A DNA stretch of 64,000 nt from positions 124,001-188,000 of the forward strand of contig OZ025757.1 in the NCBI GenBank assembly GCA_964019335.1, in the 5' to 3' direction. The notes beneath the pieces were generated by a model. It saw only the letters and a list, made by a program, of their open reading frames with translations, ran no database searches and was not told the origin of the DNA. The stretch is from Diplonema japonicum (lineage: Eukaryota > Protista > Euglenozoa: Diplonemea). Each line of letters opens with the position of its first letter. The stretch's first letter is position 1. Of this stretch, positions 59,694 to 64,000 are shown one piece after another. Made by a program: the position numbers and the translations under genes.

Positions 59694-62480
59694 TCAAGGA
59701 GCGACCCAGACCCCCAGCCTGTGCCCTTCCTGATCCTTGATCCACATCCCTGTCGCACCATCGACACGCCACTTCACAGCCGTTGTGGTGGGACCGTAGA
59801 ACTTCACGTGCTTCACATTCCACCCGTCCCCGCCCTGTTCCTTCAACCGCACCTCCCGAGGGAGCACCGCGGCAGTGGGGATGGTGAAGAGGGTCGTCGA
59901 CCCCCGAGCAGGAGCCACCACACTCCCCACAATCTGAACACTCCCATCCCAGTACTCCACCTCAACGGGGAAGGAGTGCGACGACTGGGAGTAGTCACCT
60001 GTCCCTGTCTGCACCTCCAGTGTCAAAGACACAGGTTTCAGAATGGAGATTGCGTTCCGCAGATTCGCACCGCACTTCTGCTGAGGGTCCCTGAGGCACG
60101 GAACACTGCAGTCAGCTGCTGGAGCAAGTTTTTGTGTCCCGATGTCGTCCCCGCAATAGCACGAGTCCCCACCCTGCACACCAGAGTAGGCCTTCCTCTT
60201 CGCCTGGCACAGCCCCGCACACCGCGACACAGTCACAGAGTTGCCAGACTCCTCGAACTTCAACTTCCTCGCCGCTATGTCGTCCACGTAGCACCCCACA
60301 TGCACAGGCACCGCACTCCGTACAGCGATCCTCCCAGAGTCCACAGCCGAACACCCAGAAGCCTCGCTGCGGATGCTTCCCACGAAATCCGCAGCCTCCC
60401 CGCAGCAGCACTCCACACTCGCAGCCGTCGTCCGCAGACCAGAGTGCGTGTAGTCCGCAGAGCTGCACAATGACGCACACTGCACTGAATTGAGTGAGAC
60501 GATGTAGATGTTTCTGACAGGCAGGATATAGTTGTTGGCAGTCACCTCATGCAGACACCCCACTTCACTGCCAGAGAAAGATGCAATTGTGTCGGTGATG
60601 GTCAGCCTCTGAAGGCCATGATGCATGTCCGCAATAAACAAGAAGGGGCCACTGACGTGAACCGTGGGCTGCGCCGTGGTGCTGATCGCGGTGTGTCCTG
60701 CAAAGGACGGCCCCTGAGGAGAGCTGATGTCGACTGTGCTAATGGTGGTTGATGTGGTGAGGAAAGCCGCCTGCTGCGTCACAGCCATCGCAAAGGAGGA
60801 GGTCCCGTGCTGGTATGTCCTCACCAAAGAAGGTGCTGCAGGTGTTTTGACATCCACCACCACCATGTTCCTGTCGTCCGCAATGTAGGCGGTCTTCCCC
60901 ACCACCTCCACATCCCTCGCACCAGCAATGCTCACCATCCCAAGAAGCACAGGCGACGCGGGATCGCACACCTCGACCACCTGAAGGCTCGTCCCGTCCG
61001 CAATGTAAGCGGTTGTCCCTGATACAGTCACCGCCTTCGCAGTCCCTGGTGTGTCGAAGACACCCAAATGGCGCATTGGGGTGCTCTTTGTATCCAGGAT
61101 CACAAGACCAGCCGACCCACAAGCAAGGTACAAAGTGCTGCCCTCCACATACATATCTTCAACACCATGCTGCGAGTAGATCTCCAAGAGGAGGGGGGCC
61201 GCAGGGTTGCTGACATCGAGGGTGAAGACCTCCGAGGACGCGAAGTAAAGCCTGTTCCCGACCACCTTCTCCGCCATCCCGAGGATCGCATGCGGATGGC
61301 TGTAAAACCCAACCCTCTGCAGGGTGTTCCGATCAAGCACCTCAATACCATACGGGCTGGACGCTTTGAACACATGTGTGGCAGACGAAGCAAGAAGGGG
61401 AGCACGCTCTGTGGGGGGGAGAAAGGGGACGAATTTGTCTTGAGAACCGGAATCGTAAAGAAGCAGTGCCTCTGTGGTGACGACATAGGTGCTGCTCGCA
61501 ACGGTGACGGCGCGTATGTTGCTCCCCACCGGATCGTTCGAACCGCTGTGCAGGAGGCGGGGGTGGTTGTGGTCCGTAACGGAGTACACAAACACCGCCT
61601 TTGTGGTGACAACTGTCAATACAGCGCCAGCTAGTTTAATATCCACGACAGGGTCGGAGAAGAGCAGCGTGCGGAGGATAGTAATATCACCTTCCCATCC
61701 ACCAGCAGCCACACCGTCAAAAGTGGTGGAGTGCACCCCAGCGAAGGTCACATAATGGCAACGCGTCCCTTCTCCTAGGTAGCCGCGCGTATTCTCAGTA
61801 CCCTCCACCATCTGGAGGGCAGCCGTGGACGCTACGCCAGTGGTTGGGCTGACTTGTTTTGGGCCGATGTACCTAATGTGAAGCTTGCCTACAGGCATTA
61901 TATCAATTTTGTGGAAGTAAAAGCAGTTCACGCCCTGCGACCCGTCCATGCAGCTCCAACCGCGTTCGTATGTTGCTGCGGAACAGACCGTCGGATAGGT
62001 TAGCTGCGCGATCACACCGAGCTGAAGTGTGTACTTCCTTAGAAATGACTGCTGGTTGTTTGCATCGTTACTGATTGAAAATATGATATTATATGAGAAG
62101 CTTAGGAAAAATGGCGACGCCGGACGATGCTGTGCGCTGTACATCACCGTTGGTCTGTCCCAGAACTGCAGACTGTATCCGGTGATTTCGGCAGAGCCTT
62201 CTACGTACAGAACCCCGTTAACGACGAGGACCCTGTCTGCAGAGGATCTTGTCTTCAGGGTGCTGATCAGAATCGGGTTTCTCGCGGAGGCAAGGTTGTA
62301 GATCAGAACCCCTTGGGTCCCTGCCGCCACGTACCCGGCGTTGTTGTACATCGCAATGTCGCTCAGTGTGACATTGTCCCTTGGTTTGTCAATTAGGCCC
62401 GACAGGGATGGTGCAGCCTCGCTGTCCAACACCAACCAGCACAGTACTAAACAGAGAGCAAGGGACACAGGGCGCCGCAT
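59694..62480 (-). CDS. Secreted LVIVD/2xWSC/PLAT-like protein, copy 9 (subfamily B, recent duplicate of copy 8)
   Basis: 928 aa. The first ~115 aa and the 3' flank are nearly identical to copy 8. Confidence 0.85.
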   Translation of the reverse strand: MRRPVSLALCLVLCWLVLDSEAAPSLSGLIDKPRDNVTLSDIAMYNNAGYVAAGTQGVLIYNLASARNPILISTLKTRSSADRVLVVNGVLYVEGSAEITGYSLQFWDRPTVMYSAQHRPASPFFLSFSYNIIFSISNDANNQQSFLRKYTLQLGVIAQLTYPTVCSAATYERGWSCMDGSQGVNCFYFHKIDIMPVGKLHIRYIGPKQVSPTTGVASTAALQMVEGTENTRGYLGEGTRCHYVTFAGVHSTTFDGVAAGGWEGDITILRTLLFSDPVVDIKLAGAVLTVVTTKAVFVYSVTDHNHPRLLHSGSNDPVGSNIRAVTVASSTYVVTTEALLLYDSGSQDKFVPFLPPTERAPLLASSATHVFKASSPYGIEVLDRNTLQRVGFYSHPHAILGMAEKVVGNRLYFASSEVFTLDVSNPAAPLLLEIYSQHGVEDMYVEGSTLYLACGSAGLVILDTKSTPMRHLGVFDTPGTAKAVTVSGTTAYIADGTSLQVVEVCDPASPVLLGMVSIAGARDVEVVGKTAYIADDRNMVVVDVKTPAAPSLVRTYQHGTSSFAMAVTQQAAFLTTSTTISTVDISSPQGPSFAGHTAISTTAQPTVHVSGPFLFIADMHHGLQRLTITDTIASFSGSEVGCLHEVTANNYILPVRNIYIVSLNSVQCASLCSSADYTHSGLRTTAASVECCCGEAADFVGSIRSEASGCSAVDSGRIAVRSAVPVHVGCYVDDIAARKLKFEESGNSVTVSRCAGLCQAKRKAYSGVQGGDSCYCGDDIGTQKLAPAADCSVPCLRDPQQKCGANLRNAISILKPVSLTLEVQTGTGDYSQSSHSFPVEVEYWDGSVQIVGSVVAPARGSTTLFTIPTAAVLPREVRLKEQGGDGWNVKHVKFYGPTTTAVKWRVDGATGMWIKDQEGHRLGVWVAP

Positions 62481-63127
62481 AACGTTTTTTTTTTTTTTTC
62501 CCCTTTCCCTATCTGCAAAAAAAAAAAAAAAAAAAAAAAAAGATATGGGGATATAATGGAGGCGGGGAGTGGGAATAAATAAATAAAAATTGCCACACCA
62601 ACCTCAGTGCGACGGTAGAACATGGGGGAGGGGATAGAGAAAAATGAAGGGGGGGTTTTAAAAAAAAGAATTGAGCGTTAATAGGTTTTGAACCCTCGGA
62701 CAACGTGAGGCCCCACCTCCAACAAGGAAAGAACTTGTTCGTGCACAACCTGTAGAAGGGTAAGCCCCCAACAATGATACCACTCTTTTTTTCAGCACTT
62801 CCAATTCATTGTTAGTGCTAAAAACATATTGTTTTTTTTCTTCTTGTTCACGCAAAAAAAAAAAAAAAAAAAAAAAAAAAGGTCTCACGTCCGTACTAAG
62901 GGGTGAAAATTTTGAGCAAAGGGGGGGGGAGGAGGGGTTCTTTTTGAGCAGAGATACTCTACAGGATAGAGTTAGAATGAGAAAAGAAAAGAAAAGAAAA
63001 AAAAGAATAAAACTCGATAAAATTCCAGTGCACATAGAAAAGTGGCTGACCTTCCACATCCCTGGCTGAACACTTCTGGGTGAGACCTATGGGCGGTCTG
63101 CTCATAGTCTATGGCAGGTTACATTAA

Positions 63128-63435
63128 TAATAACTATTGATTTATATAAGTCCACTTTAATTCATGAAAACGTAATTTTATTTATTTTCTGGTTCCCTAT
63201 GGCACTCCCAAAAAAAAAAACCCCCCCCCCAAAGCCAGGAAGTCTAAGATTTGACATAATATTAAGACAGGGGGTTGCTTGCACTGCTCGTCCATGGCAG
63301 TCAACCTGGGCCAATCTTACAATTTTGTGCTTATGCTTCATGGTATGGTTCAGGCGGCTATAAAGGAACCTCTTTTCTCTGAAGCCCCATTTTCACAAAT
63401 CTGCTTAAAACATGAGGAAAAAAAATAAAGTACTT
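63128..63435. repeat. Dispersed repeat R6 copy
   Basis: Colinear with 37311-37640. Confidence 0.7.
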
Positions 63436-63578
63436 TATTTTATTTTCCTTAGGGAAATAATGAAAACTTTATTTTCCCGGCACTAGCCAAAATTCCTTTA
63501 GAGAGAATCCAGAAAATAAATAAAAAATCACTATGACAGGAACGAAGTGGTTAGCAACGGCCCGCCAAAAAAATATAT

Positions 63579-63890
63579 ATGAGTTAAAGGAGGCCGGTGT
63601 TGGCGGCGCCCTGCACAAGAACTGTCTACTTGATTACAGGGGGCACACTGCAACCGAGTTGTAGCTTCTTCTGCGTTCCGCGTCGTGTCCTTAATGCGTG
63701 CGGTGTACAGCTCAACCCCAGCCGGTGCGTCCCGGGTAACCAAGACTCTGCGCTCGTGCAGTTTGCTGCCTGTTTGTCACCCTGAGCATCTGCATGATGT
63801 TCTCCCACTCGGGCGCTACCGGTGATGACCGACGAGGAGGTCAACAGCGAACAACACATCTGATGTTTTTCTTATATTTTCATGTTATCC

Positions 63891-63891
<1 letters not shown>
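63579..63891. repeat. R2 GC-rich dispersed repeat, longest copy
   Basis: Colinear with 19568-19834 plus an extra internal segment near 63742-63780. Confidence 0.8.
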
Positions 63892-63921
<30 letters not shown>

Positions 63922-64000
63922 AACGAAAAAAGAAACAGTAGTTCTATGACGCTGGCAGGACATACATCTCTTCAAGCATCAAAAAAAAGGGGGGGGGGAA

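Noticed and set aside
1-64000. rRNA, tRNA, spliced-leader RNA genes, or a diversity-generating retroelement explaining the array variability
   Set aside because: No recognisable RNA-gene motifs or SL exon by eye, and no reverse transcriptase or template-repeat pair with adenine-specific differences. An Infernal/tRNAscan run would be needed to exclude RNA genes formally.

Overview
Eukaryotic, intron-poor genomic DNA with homopolymer-rich (poly-A/T/G/C) spacers. All 17 credible intact protein genes lie on the minus strand, as in a polycistronic cluster. Together with short GT-AG introns, an MLRR- mitochondrial presequence and a euglenozoan-style receptor cyclase, this suggests a euglenozoan, most likely a diplonemid (inference). 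The first ~19 kb holds single-copy genes: a cyclase-like receptor, three hypotheticals (one PDZ-like, one mitochondrial), a nodulin-like MFS transporter, a CDC123/D123-like ATP-grasp protein, an NSDHL/ERG26-like sterol dehydrogenase and a UVR coiled-coil protein. The main feature is a head-to-tail array (21.8-62.5 kb) of nine intronless ~900-930 aa predicted secreted proteins with the architecture signal peptide - LVIVD-type beta-propeller repeats - two WSC domains - PLAT/LH2-like domain. The N-terminal propeller is hypervariable, and short CDR-like loops vary between otherwise identical flanks. The C-terminal ~280 aa is homogenised to near identity and shows four-gamete evidence of recombination. 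This looks like a variable-head/constant-tail recognition-protein repertoire. The spacers carry two families of defective piggyBac elements (TTAA, terminal inverted repeats) and several unnamed structured repeat families.
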